From: Lama guanicoe
Taxonomy: Eukaryota
DNA: 64,000 nucleotides
Direction of reading: 5' to 3'
Assembly (NCBI GenBank): GCA_013239625.1
Contig: MU056000.1
Span: 7,727,214-7,791,213, forward strand
Shown: in pieces, positions 13,086 through 26,200 of the stretch
Layout of the letters: each line of letters opens with the position of its first letter
Numbering within the stretch: the stretch's first letter is position 1
The notes under the pieces: model-generated
What the model saw: the letters and a program-made list of their open reading frames with translations, nothing else
What the model was told of the DNA's origin: nothing
Database searches by the model: none
Translations under genes and position numbers: made by a program

Positions 13086-16000
13086 CTCACATGCTGTTCT
13101 TATATAATCAACACTGAACAAAGATTAAATGCTATGTTTCACTGTGTTTATCACTGCTAGCTAGATATACGTCTATGACAAAAGTCAAGCAACTCTAGAG
13201 GAACATATATTAATATTCAGCAACGATAATAGAGTTGAAACATATTTAGTATGCAAAAATTCCTCTGACACAGTGTAATTTTTTTGTACTTCTTGCTTAG
13301 TTACAAAATAGAGAGAGACTGTGAATGTGTAATGAATAGCAGCTTTTAACCTCTCAGTTAAAATGCCAATACATCACAGTGTTATAAAAACTTATGAAGG
13401 TCAAAGAAACATTACTTTGTTCTTAGACTTTCATTTTGATTCATCCACTAGACCGGTCCCATGCAACGTCTACTTGAAAAACTGTAACTTTTGATTGAAG
13501 GACTTGAACAATTGAGTGCTTCTAACGTGACAAGTGTTTATAACCTCAGCCACAAAACACAATTCCTTACTGACAAGTAACAGTTGAGATTGTTAATGGC
13601 TTTTCTGTTTTAAGACAAAATACGGTGACACATTCAACCCTGTTTCCTATATAACTATTAAAATTTGAAAAAACACAAATGTACTTTTGAAATAGATGGA
13701 CATGACAAAATGTTCATAATGGGTGTTTAAAATCATGTGAAAAGAATAAGTTATCAAGACTTCAAACTAGTAAGTATAATACTTCTATGAGTCATGAATG
13801 ATTACACAATGTCTGATCTTCACCAGAGTTGTCAAACTGGGGGTGGCTGAGAATTTCAGTTGGTGCAATTCACTGTGGGTGTTCAGCAGGGCTATTCCAG
13901 CAACAGGATTCAGAACAACAGTTCCAATGGTTGTATTGGCAAGACATAGTGAATTATATGGGTCAAACACACTGTGATTGGCAACTTGCCAGACTGACTC
14001 ACTATCATGGCTTCTTTAAGCTTGTGTGTATATAGAAATAAAACATATAAATACATAAAATGGAGAATCATAGCTACACATGTTTTTTCATCTGTGTTTT
14101 CTCATGCTATTGCAAATTCAAAGTTTGAATAATTTTGGAGGGGGGAAGGCAAGTTTGCAAGCATTTTATAAAGTAACTAGAGCAAACTGATACTCCTCCC
14201 TTTTCAATGATTAAATCAACTCCAATTCTGAAAACTCTATTTTCCATAAAGCATTCCTATTTTATTAATATGTCTGGAAGGCCATGGGACTCTCAGTGCT
14301 ACCAGCATGACAGATTTGAGTGACAAACGGTGAGTTTAGTGCTAAGATCCAGAGAAATTCTTCTGGATTCATTCTGTTTTAAGAGCAGTGCTTTAAGAAA
14401 AGCAATAATCACACTGAAGTGTAGGTGGGAGATGAAGATATCCCCAGTCATAAAATATTTGTTTTGATCCCCAAATTAGTCATTATATAGAAAAGCGATA
14501 AACCCCATAAAAGAATGGATGAGACTGATGAAGCAGGAGACCTGTATCTGGGAAGATGCTTGACTCAAACCAGTTCAATACTTCTTATTAATAAATACAT
14601 AAATCCAGATTGTTAACATTGGGGAAAAAAAGATAAAGAAAAAAATGATATGAAAGAAGTAACTATTCCATAAAGAAATTTTCAGTCAATTTAAAGGATT
14701 TTTATGAGATTATCTGTAGTGAAAGGAACTTCCCATTAACAGTAATCCAAATGGGAACAGACTTAACAGGACCATGTTTTGGACTGGCAACGTGGATGTA
14801 TACTATTTCATAGATGGTTTTCTCAAGTGAGTTTTTAATTAGTTTAACCAAATAATTTTCTTTGACCATGGGACTGAAAAAAAAAACCCAGCTTTTCTCT
14901 TTAAGGCTCATTTTGTGATGCTTACTGTAATAGGGACGGTCACACAGTTGGAAGGAATTAATATGTGCCAAGCCACCTCCCAAAGCTCTTCAGTCTTACA
15001 ACTCAGAGAATATACTTTATTCTTTGAACGTCTCATGACTGTAGATAAATATACCAGAGTGTTTTTGTGGATTATAGTTTTATTGTGTGTGCATGTGTGT
15101 TTGCTTAAGAAAAGCATCAACATACTAACTCTTAATGCTCAAAACAGGGAAGCATTTCAGTTAGAGATTCCAACAGGTCTTCTCAAGCTATATAAATAAG
15201 AAAACTATGTGGTTTCCTGCCTATGTAGAAGAGCATGTTATTGTAAGTACAGTTTTATAAGGTATAATTCTAGCCAACAGTCTACACTGCACAATTATTA
15301 CATGGGTCCAATGGGGTTTCCCTACTTGATATAGAAAAGTATTCGGATCCCAATACTGAATTGTTGATTGAGCCTATTTGGAGGTCTCAGGGTGCTTAAA
15401 AAGAAGCCCTGAGATTCCTTTTGTAATGCAATGGTAATACCCTGAATTAAATGAAATGAGAGTATTTCCAAAAAGTCTCAAAGTGCATCGCTCACAGCCT
15501 TTAGTAACAAAAGAAAAATTATTTAGCATTTAGATGTAAAGGAATGAGGGGGGCAGAAAATGAAAAGTCAAGAAGTAGACCCTTGATAACAAAAGGTTTA
15601 CCCTTTTAATCTTATTTGATTACATTGAGGGACTTCCAGGAGACGAAGTTTAATTAAGGTTAGTGAATGTTTTTGTGAAATTGACAGCTCGCTGATACAC
15701 TGACACTCTGGCTTGTGAAGATTTGTTCGGGTTGCATACAGTTAAGATAGCACTGATTCTTCAATCAAACCTGGGACATTCCTCTTTGTGGTGGTGCGGT
15801 TACTTTGACAGGACCCTCATCTCTCTTTATTCCGTTGGCATAAAAGCCCTCCTTCCTCTCTGCCCATCATTCCCTCTGCCTGCGAAATTTCTATTCAGCC
15901 TTCAGGGTTTGATTATTACTTGTTCCAGGAAGTATTTTAAGACAGCCCCTCCCTCAGTTTTGGATTGGAAAGCATGGGCACAGTGACTTGTTAAATGATC

Positions 16001-16483
16001 CGTCCCGTACGCACAGGTGGTGAGGGAGGGTGCTGGGTTAGCACCGAGGTCCCTCTGACTCCACACACCCCCTGTGTGATGACTCGCTGGGCAGAACGAA
16101 AGGATGTAGATACACCGTCAACACTTGGACTTGTAACCACTGAGGAACAACCGCCACAAAATACCTTCATGTATCCAGGTTGCCTCTCCCACACTGGAGG
16201 AACACCCTCGTCACTAGACTGGACGCTGGATTGGCAAGTCTATGTTACCAACATCACAGGAGCCACCAAGTCATGAGTTATTTCTCAAATCAAAATTATC
16301 AGTAAAATCAGCTTTCCTTGTGCGGTGGGATGATAGCATCTGCTATTCTCCTTCTCTTGATTATGCAAGGGCTTTCCAGCAGTGTTCAACAGTGTTATCT
16401 GTAACCAGGGGACGTCAGGGGCACACTTAGAACCAATTCTACCAAAACCAATTCTATGTGACACGCTGTCACCGGCTGACTTA

Positions 16484-17065
<582 letters not shown>

Positions 17066-20000
17066 CCGTGGACTCAAGACCCAGTAGAAGTTACCTGGAA
17101 GTAGGCTCCTGCTTGCTCTTCACCAAAGTCAAGAAAACATATGGTAATTATAACATCACCTCAAAAATGCCCTGAATGGAGGTATGCTGGGACGTGTATT
17201 ATTTAACAAATAAAAGTCAAAACACAAAAATGTATGCATATATGACATCTGCATTATGGTCCCTATAAAGCAAAGAGAAACTGTTAAAGGAGGGGAGAAA
17301 AGCTTGACAAATAATAGATAAAACTAGGGGCCCTCTGACATGGGGTAACTGGATGATCTGCTTGTCTCTCTGATGGGGATGCTATTGAATGATCCTATCA
17401 TATCACATTTACTAATTTGACGTTTTACTTCCTGTGGGAAAAAATTAAATAAAATACAATTTGTCTCCTTAATTTGCTTTATCCTTATTCATCATGCTAC
17501 TCCCAATGACAGAGGTGCTTCCAATGACATCTTTATGGAGTAATGGAGTGCTTTACTTTGCAAAGCAACATAAGCGTTACCAATAACCCTGCAAGACAAT
17601 TAATCCATCCCACCTGCAGATTCCAATGCTGTTCCATTAATTTACTTCTGGAACTAGGTAAATGAGTGCCTGTAGCAAAGTTGGCTGTTCTTAAATGTTT
17701 CGGGTGGAATTGGCACATGTCCAAAGGTAAATTCCTTCCTTGTCTCCCCTTCCCCAAGTAGACATATTTAGGTAGCTCCTGAAAGCCATTTGAAATATTT
17801 TCCTTCCACACACTTCTCTAAAGGATAACTTCTTTTGCTGTCTAATTCTCTGGCACGTGACACTTGAGGGCCGGAAATGGAGCCCCATGGGCGGAGGCAA
17901 TGCATCTTGATTCCAGAGAGGAAGAAAGAAAACATAACCTTTGTAATTTTGGTACCTGCTCTTATCCCATGTTTAAGAGGCTTATTTTAGCTTGGACAGA
18001 AAAAGAATGCTGATGTCTAAATTACTACAATAAGAGTGTCATCATTCACTTGATGACAGCTGAGAAATGTCTGACAAAAATGCTTTGCCTGAAAACCCCC
18101 AAATGTAGCATATTTATTTTCCAATGACAGCATGGAAAACAGACTGGAGATCCTTCGTACAAGAGTAGTCTTCTGAGCAACTTGCTTTATCTATTTATCA
18201 TTAAATCACACTCAACTCTGGCTAAGAGTTTCGTTTTGTTGAGCTCAGCACACTGGCGACTTAATCATTAAATCCACAAACCACTGTCAGACACACTTGA
18301 ATTCACTGATGCGAGAAGACGGGTGGGTCCTTCTTTAGCAGGGAAGTGATGGAGGAAGGAAACAGTAAATCCTTTCAACCATCGTGCACACGGGAGCACT
18401 CCCACTCCTTAATGAGCACAGAAGACTGGTTTTGCAACCTTGGATGTTGTCAAGATTGAGAACAAAAACAAGGAGAGGGAGAGAATTCGGCTGCAGCTTT
18501 TTTTTTTTTTAAGATTTTGTTATCTTCCTTAAAAAAATTATGACAGATATAGTATCACAGCTTCCCAACTCGTGAGCCCTGAATGAGAGACAAGGTGTCT
18601 CCATAGGGTCCAGGCGGCAGAAACCACCACTTCCCCAGAGCAGCCTTTTCGACTTGCCCCAGGGCGTGGTACCAATACCATCGTTTTCCACGCGCACCAC
18701 AGCCTGGAAAAGAGCAGGAGTCACTGTCGTATACATGGGCACAGGGACATGAAAGGTGCCTAGGGCTCGGCGGTGCTTTGGGAGGTGATGGTGTGGGTTG
18801 GGATGCTACGTGGATGCAGAGGACATCATAAAAGCACAGGTCTCACCCGACGGTTGAGCCTGGCATGACACTGAAGAGCTTCCCATCACAGGACGAACTG
18901 CTGAGGCTTGAGAAAGGGGCAATGGCACCACCGACCACTGCAGACCGGGGACCACTCCCTCTTCCTCTGGATTTAACTTGGTTTAAAAACAAAGTAACTG
19001 ATCTGACACAGACCAAAAGCCATAGAGTGACTCCTGCTGGTGATACCACCTAGCGGGGTGACTAATATTTCAGGACAAAAACAAGGACTCATGACTGCAA
19101 AGAGTTGGCCATGAGGGGACCGGAGGCAGGAGAGCAGCCATGATGGGGAATCTCAGACAAGGCTTGGAGTCCAGTGAAACGCTGGAAAGAGGATTCCGAA
19201 ATTTCTAGCTGGGACAATGAGGTGGGTAGTGAAAACCAAGTGAATCCTAAAGGTTTAATAATAATGGACATGTTGGATTTCTATTTTCCTTTTCCACACA
19301 AAGAAAAACATGCATAATTAGTAAACATTAGATGGGAGAATCACACTGCAAAAATCTCATGGGAGACAACAAGCACGTCATCGGGTTCAAAAGACACTTT
19401 GATTTGTGAAAACAAAGTGACTGCCTTGCCCTGCCTCCATCTGGAATAGGTATTTTTCCCATTATCCATTCTCACTGCATCCTGTGCTACAACAGAAAAG
19501 CACAATGCTCCCTGAGATGAAAACAAAACAAACAACAGCTCCGCCGCCACTACCAACCAAAAAGGTCACCCTGTCTCGCTCAAATTCTCAATGGGAATGA
19601 ATCCTTGGACCACTTCTTCTAAGTTACTTAGTCTATAAGCAAAACAATTTTACCTCTGACTTTCGCAATTCTGATATAACTACTGGAGATATTGCATTAA
19701 AAACCCCTACTGTTTCTATCAATACAGACCAACTGTAACTTTGTGACTTTGCTACCATTCCTCCCCTGTGTGTTTGTAAACTGCACGTAAAAACGATTTT
19801 CTATTTATGTTTCTTTTTGGGAGTCTTTACATTTAGAGTTGGGCACAGGAAGGTGTGTGGACAGACTCAGGAGAGCTAACAAACTGTGCTGCCCCAGAAG
19901 GGGTCTCCTTGTAGAGTTCTTGTGGGATGCCTGCGCTCGGGTGGCAGCTTGACTCTTGCAGACTACGCCTGTTTCTGTGTTGCTTGTTTATATCTGTTCC

Positions 20001-20399
20001 TATTTCTATTTCAGGACTAAGCCTATTTCTGGTATTGATTTGTGTGCCGCCACTTGGTTCCCCCATTGGTGGCAGCAATATTGAGTGGCGGTTTTCTGGT
20101 CTAACCACCTGTGTGCTCCTGAGTCCCTTCCCATGCTGATGTTACATCACTCTGAATCACTGATACCGTCCTCTGTATAGCTGGCCTTTGCGATGCAACA
20201 TGGCAAACTCAAATCTCTCAACCCAGCTTTAGAGAAGAGATATTTTAAAAAAAAAGTGTCAGCTGGAATGGAGAACAGCCCTGCATGAGGAACATTGTGC
20301 CTCCTTCATCTGTGAGGCCTTGGTACCTTCTTGGCTTCCCTGTTTCTGGAGCTGTTAAAACTGACCTCTGAGTTTTCGCTAAGATGCTCTAAATTAATT

Positions 20400-23210
20400 T
20401 TTTCCTTTTTTTTTATGGTCTTAAAAAAACTCATAGTAGAAATTCACCATCTTATCCATTTAAAGTGGGCAGTTCAGGGATATTAAGTAAACTCATACTG
20501 TTGTGCAACCATCACCACCATGTAGCTCCAGAACTCTTTTCCTCTTGCAAAACTGAAACTCTTTTAAACCATTAAATAACTCCCCGTCCCTCCAGCCCCC
20601 TACAACCAACATTCTACTTTCCATCTCTATGATTTTGACTACTCTACCCAACTCCATACAAGTGGAATCATATAGTGTATGTCTTTATTTTGCTTAGCAT
20701 AATGTCTTCACGTTTCATCCATACTGTAGAAAATACCAGAATTTCCTTGCTTTTTAAGTCTGAATGACATCCCATTGTATGCACATCCATTCATCTACCG
20801 GTGGGCACTTGGGTTGCTTCTTCACTTTAGTCATTGTGAATATCTAGTTATTCTATGAACAGAGGGGTACAATATCCTTTCTTTTTCAATCTACGTGTCT
20901 TTGGATCTAAAGTGAGTCTCTTGTAGGCAGCATATAGTTGGATTGTGTTTTTTTTTTCCATTCTGCCAACCTCTGACTTTTGATTGGAGAGCTTAATCCC
21001 TTTATATTGAAAATAATTATTTTAAGGAGGAGTTACTTGTGTTGTTTTGCTATTTGTTTTCTAAATGCCTTGTAACATTTTTTGCCCCTCATTTCCTACA
21101 TTACTGTCTCTTTCGTGTTTGATTTTTTTTAAGTGAAATGTTTCAACTCCCTTCTCATCTCCTTTTGTGTGTATTTTGTAACTATTTTCTTTGTGGTTGC
21201 CGTGTGGATTACATTTAATATCCTAAAGTTATGACACTGCAATTTAAATTTACACCAGCTTAACTTCAATAACATACAAAGAACTCTGTTCATTCATAGC
21301 TCTACCCCCACCCTTTTAAATTATGGATGTCACAAAATTACATCTTTGTATGTTGTGTTCAAAAAAGATAAAATAATAATTTTTTAATGCATTGGTCTCT
21401 TAAAGTATATAGAACAGAAAATACGGAGTTTTAAGCCAAAGGTACAATAATACTAGCTTTTAGACTAATAATTTTTTACAAAGGCATTATTCTCTTGAAT
21501 CATGTTTAAAAAAAAGGAGAATCACAAACTGTGGTTGCAATAATACTAGCTTTTATAATTACCATACATTTACCTTCACTGAGATCTCTATTTCTTTAAT
21601 ATGACTTCTGGTTACTGTCCTTTATTTCAAATTGCAAGATTACCTTTACTTGCGGGGCAGGTCTAGTGATGCTAAACTCCCCCAGCGTTCGTTTACCTGG
21701 GGATGTCTTGATTTCTCCTTTGTTTTTGAAAGACAGTTTGGCCAAATACAGGATTCTTGGTTGACACTTTTTCTCTTTTAGCGCTTTGAAAAGACAGCCC
21801 ATTGCTTTCTGGCTTCCAAAGTTTCTGATGAGAAATCTGTTTCTATCTCATTGAGGATCCCTTGTATTTGATGAGTCACTTCTCTTCTGCTGCTTTCAAA
21901 GTTCACTCTACCTGTCTTTGGACAGTTTGTCTCAGTGTGGGTCTCTTTGATTTATCCTACTCAGAATCTGTTGAGCTTCTTGAATATTTATACTCATGTT
22001 TTTCATTAAATTTGGGAAGTCTTCAGGCATTATGTCTTCAAATAATCTCTGTCCCTTTCTTTCTTCTGGGACTTCAAGTATGCAGTTTGCCTGATAATGA
22101 CTCACAGATTCCTTAGGCTCTGTTCATTTTTCTTTAATTTGTTTCCTTTCTATCCCTTGGACGTGATCATTTTAATTGCCCTATTTTCAACTTCACTGAT
22201 TCTTCTGCCTGCTCAAATCTTCCCTGAAATCCATTAGCGAATTTTTCATTTCAATTATCAAAATTTTCAGCTCTAGAATTTCTGTTTTGTTTTCTTTTAA
22301 GTTTCTTATCTCTTTAATGATATTTCCATTTTATTCACACATTTATTTGCTTAACTTTCTCCATGTCTTCTTTGAGTTCTCGGAGCATCTTTCCAAATGG
22401 CATCAGTTCTGCCCTTTGGTCTTTCTCAGGGACAGTTCCTGCTGGTTTATTTTTCTCCTCTGGATGGGCAACACTTCCCTATTTCTTTGTATCCACAGTG
22501 ATTTTGTTGTTGTTGAAAACTGAACATTGACATCTAACAATGGAGTAACCCTGGAAATCAAATTCTTCCCCCTCTCCTTGCCTGGGTTTGCTAGTTTTTG
22601 TTTTTAATTGTCAGAGGATGTCTGTGTGCTAAGGTGAAAACTTAAGGTCTCTTCAGGTCTTTTCTGAAACCCATGCCTTTCCCTGAGCATGCATGGTCAT
22701 TTTCTAAATTTCCCCATGTATGCATTTACTTTTGAATGTCCTCGTCTTTAAGGTCTGGCTCCCAAAAGGGGGAAAAGAGAACAACAAAAGGGGAGTGAAG
22801 GACACCAATCCTTTAACTTCCCTGGAAGTCACTTCAGCTGAAGGGTGAGGGGTTTTCAAGTAGGAGTGTGTGAACAGTGACTGCCTCCACAATCAGTAGC
22901 AACAATCTGAACACAGAGCCCCAACATTTGGAAGACAGAGTCCTTACTGCCCACCCTGGTTCCCACCAGCTGCATACAAGCTGCTTGGTGAGCACATGTT
23001 TAGCTGCCTGCCAAGGGGCTGGGAGTGAGGAATGGGTAGCTGCTACTGTGCTAAGAGCTGAAAATGACCAAAATTAACCATAATGTACCATCCAAGCTGT
23101 CCCTTGACAGTTGCAAGCCTTCATTCGACTCAAGTTTCAAAGTAGTTACATTGGACAGATTGGGCCAGTGAGACTGCAGTCTGTGCCGGGGGTCAGATTC
23201 CTGAATTCTC
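20400..23210 (-). mobile_element. Old L1 (L1MB-like 3' end joined to ORF2 start, ORF1 and 5' region)
   Basis: L1MB-type 3'UTR at 20400-20870 (ttgtgcaaccatcaccacc...gcaaaactgaaactc). ORF1 fragment FKALKEKKCQPRILYLAKLSFKNKGEIKT at 21596-21802. Confidence 0.8.
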
Positions 23211-26200
23211 TCCCCACTCTGAATTTACACTGATCAGTGGTTGAAGATGTAAAAGCGAGGCACTGATTTTCTCGTGATTGTGTATCTATAGGAAAATGTG
23301 AAAAGAGCCTTTAGCTCCTTTGCCCAAGGAAAATCTTTAGTCCTTACTAGCGATCAGCAGTGCAACACTCTGTGCGGAGTCACAGCTCTTTCTGCAGTGC
23401 TCTTAGCTCCTTTTCCTCATTCCTTTGTCTTTTTGGAAAAGCTTGGAGCTTAATGTTTCATAAAATCTACCACTTTGAGGACATCTAATACAAACAGCTT
23501 ATCATAAAAGGGGAGAAAGCATATGCCAAAAAAAAATCTATATTTTAAAACTGGTTTATGTGGCTTTTAGACCAAAGAGGTGACACATTCACTATGGCAT
23601 TGCTTGGTTATTGAGAAGGTTTGAATGTCTGTTTACATGGGAAAATTTGGAACTAAGCTGCACTCATTTTCTGTCTTTAGGCAATAAAAACTTATATTTT
23701 GTGTCCCCTGACAGCCCTTTTTGAAATTGCCTTCTCCAAATCTATACCCCATAGTCAAACTAATAAAACTTTAAAAAATGTTTTACATCTAAACCATCTT
23801 TCGTGTTTCCCAGACTGCTGCTGGGTAACATCAAAGAGTTTTTCTTTATCACCTTATGAAATAAGGGATGTTAGGAATAATTAGGTTATGTTTGGTATTC
23901 TACAGATTTTTATTTGGTTTATTAGTATTGTAAGAGCTGTCCTATTTATCAAGCCTCCAACAAAAAAAAAAAAGACCTGGCAAATGAAAAAAAGAGAAAC
24001 TCAACCTCCACTTAATGATGACAAGTCTTGTGATGATGCTCCAGAAGTTACGGATCTTTCAGTTTGGTTGGAAGCAACCTCCCTTTCATGTTAGAGGCTG
24101 GCGCAATAACGGCCAAAAGTTTTTAAAAGAAAGATTCCATTTCTAGGCTTAAAAGAGCCTTTTCAGTTGGTGGGAATCCTAACATACTCTTGATGGGATA
24201 AATTAAAAGATCCTGGTGAGTTTTCAGTGCCCTCACTGTCTGTAATATATACTTACTATAATGGTAGTCACTGACTACCTTTTCATAAAACTAAACTTGT
24301 CTCCATTTGGATATGATTGGTTGTGATGAGTAAATAATCAGAGCAATTCTGCCTTATCATTAACAAGTGGTGTCTGATTTTCTCTCACACTCTCCCAAAG
24401 ACCCCGCCAGGGCCACAGATCAGTAATTGGGTCTGTTGGAAGAAACATCAAAAGAGCCTGATTAAAGAACTCTAATAGGAACCCTTAACGCTTGGTACAA
24501 TGGAAAACAGGCTCTTGGTTACAGGCCTCCCTGCAAAGGTGATATCCTTACAGCAAAGGCGCATCTTTCAGACGACCGAGGGATGGCGTCAGGGCTCCAG
24601 ACTCATTCACTTTGGGAATCTGCACTGCCAACTAACCCAAGATCAAGAGAGCAAGGATTAATTACTTAGACTTAATGAAACAAATTTACTTGAGGTTAAT
24701 TTTCTATTTTGAATTGGGCACGTTACAAAGTCCTTCTTTCTACTTCCTCTGTCTTTAATGCTTGATGTAACAGGTTATGCTTATAACAACGAAGTGAAAC
24801 ATTCTTTAAGTGGAATCTTGTTCTAGTTAATCCTTCAGAACTCAGGAAAAAAGGAAAATTCTTCAAATAGATAAGATAATAAGCTCTCAGGAAAAATTCA
24901 TCATCATCATCACCATCATCATTATCCTGTTTAACAACATATGTTCCTTGGTCCTCCCTACACAACTTAAAACAGTACTTAAATAATACTAAAAAAAAAA
25001 AAAGTCCTGGCTAACCTGTTTATCTTCTTTAACCATAGAATTTTATAGATCGAACTATAGTCTGTCTTCCCTTCTACTAGGACATCACTGAAAAAATTAA
25101 ATCTGTATCCATGACCATGCCACAGAGGCCACATTTAAAGGCAAATATAGTTTAATTACATATGATAAGCCCATTAAAAAGCAAGGAGACCCTATGTGTG
25201 GGACTAGTGCCCACAGCATCCTCCCAGGACACTGGCCTGACTCGTCTTGTGTGGCCTACGGTAGCCTAGCCCTCCAGGCAGCATGGCCAGGAGTATTGAA
25301 AGTTGGGGCCCAGAGAGATGGAACAACCCCTGCCTCCCAGGTAACGGAGGTGAGGCTGCCAGTGCTGGGTCACTGATCCCAGTAGATGAGGCGAAAGGGA
25401 GTAAAATATTTCTATGACACAAAGGAACCAAAATGACCAACCTAGGATCTACAAGCAAAACAAAAGTTAACTTTCGAGCTTTATTATCACATTGGTCTGG
25501 TTTTGGTAACCGTGTTCAGAGGACTTTATGAATGAGTTTACCTATGTCTGTATAACTGGTCAAATTTGGAAACCATCAAATTAACAGTCACAAACAAGAA
25601 AACTGCTAAACAAACACCAGCGGTTAAATCTGCATCTGAGGGGCAGAACGTCAGCATCAGGAGGGTCCATGAAGGAAAACCGGTACCTTGTTTTGCCTTC
25701 TTCCTGACTGCCTGCACATCATGTGCTCATCACAGCCCAGAGTCAGGAAAACAGAACAAAACAAGACAGCAGCCCAGGGAAACAAATCAAGAAAAGAAAA
25801 AAACAAAACACAGTCCTAGTCCCAGATAATGAATCTTCGAGTAATCTTCTAGCAGCTACTGACTCCCAAACCAACTTTATCTCTGATGTTTGCAACCCCT
25901 ATACGTGACAGCCAGCAGATTATCTTGTGAGAAAACTGCCGTTTGTCCCCCATGAACTGACTAACCATGGTGAATTTGTGCTTTTTTATTTTAAATGGGG
26001 AAGGCTGTCTCTTCTTAGGTCTGGATCCCTTGCACAATTTGTAGTAAAAATCTCTTTCTCTTGATGCTTCTGTCTACCTCCCTTTCACAGACTGGAAAAT
26101 GGCTGCAGTTTGATCATGTCAGCCCCTTCTTCCCAGAATGGGACCCATTCATCTCCACACCTGCCCCTTTGCTTCCACTGGATTCAAATAAATATTTAAT

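Noticed and set aside
13090..14040. Possible ancient hAT DNA-transposon remnant flanking the large L1 (also 4320-4640)
   Set aside because: A TIR-like cagagttgtcaaactggg is present near 13825, but the sequence is too decayed to classify without a profile search.
25645..25735. Possible C/D-box snoRNA on the minus strand (GUGAUGA ... CUGA about 80 nt apart)
   Set aside because: No terminal stem adjacent to the boxes and no recognisable rRNA/snRNA guide; these short motifs occur by chance.
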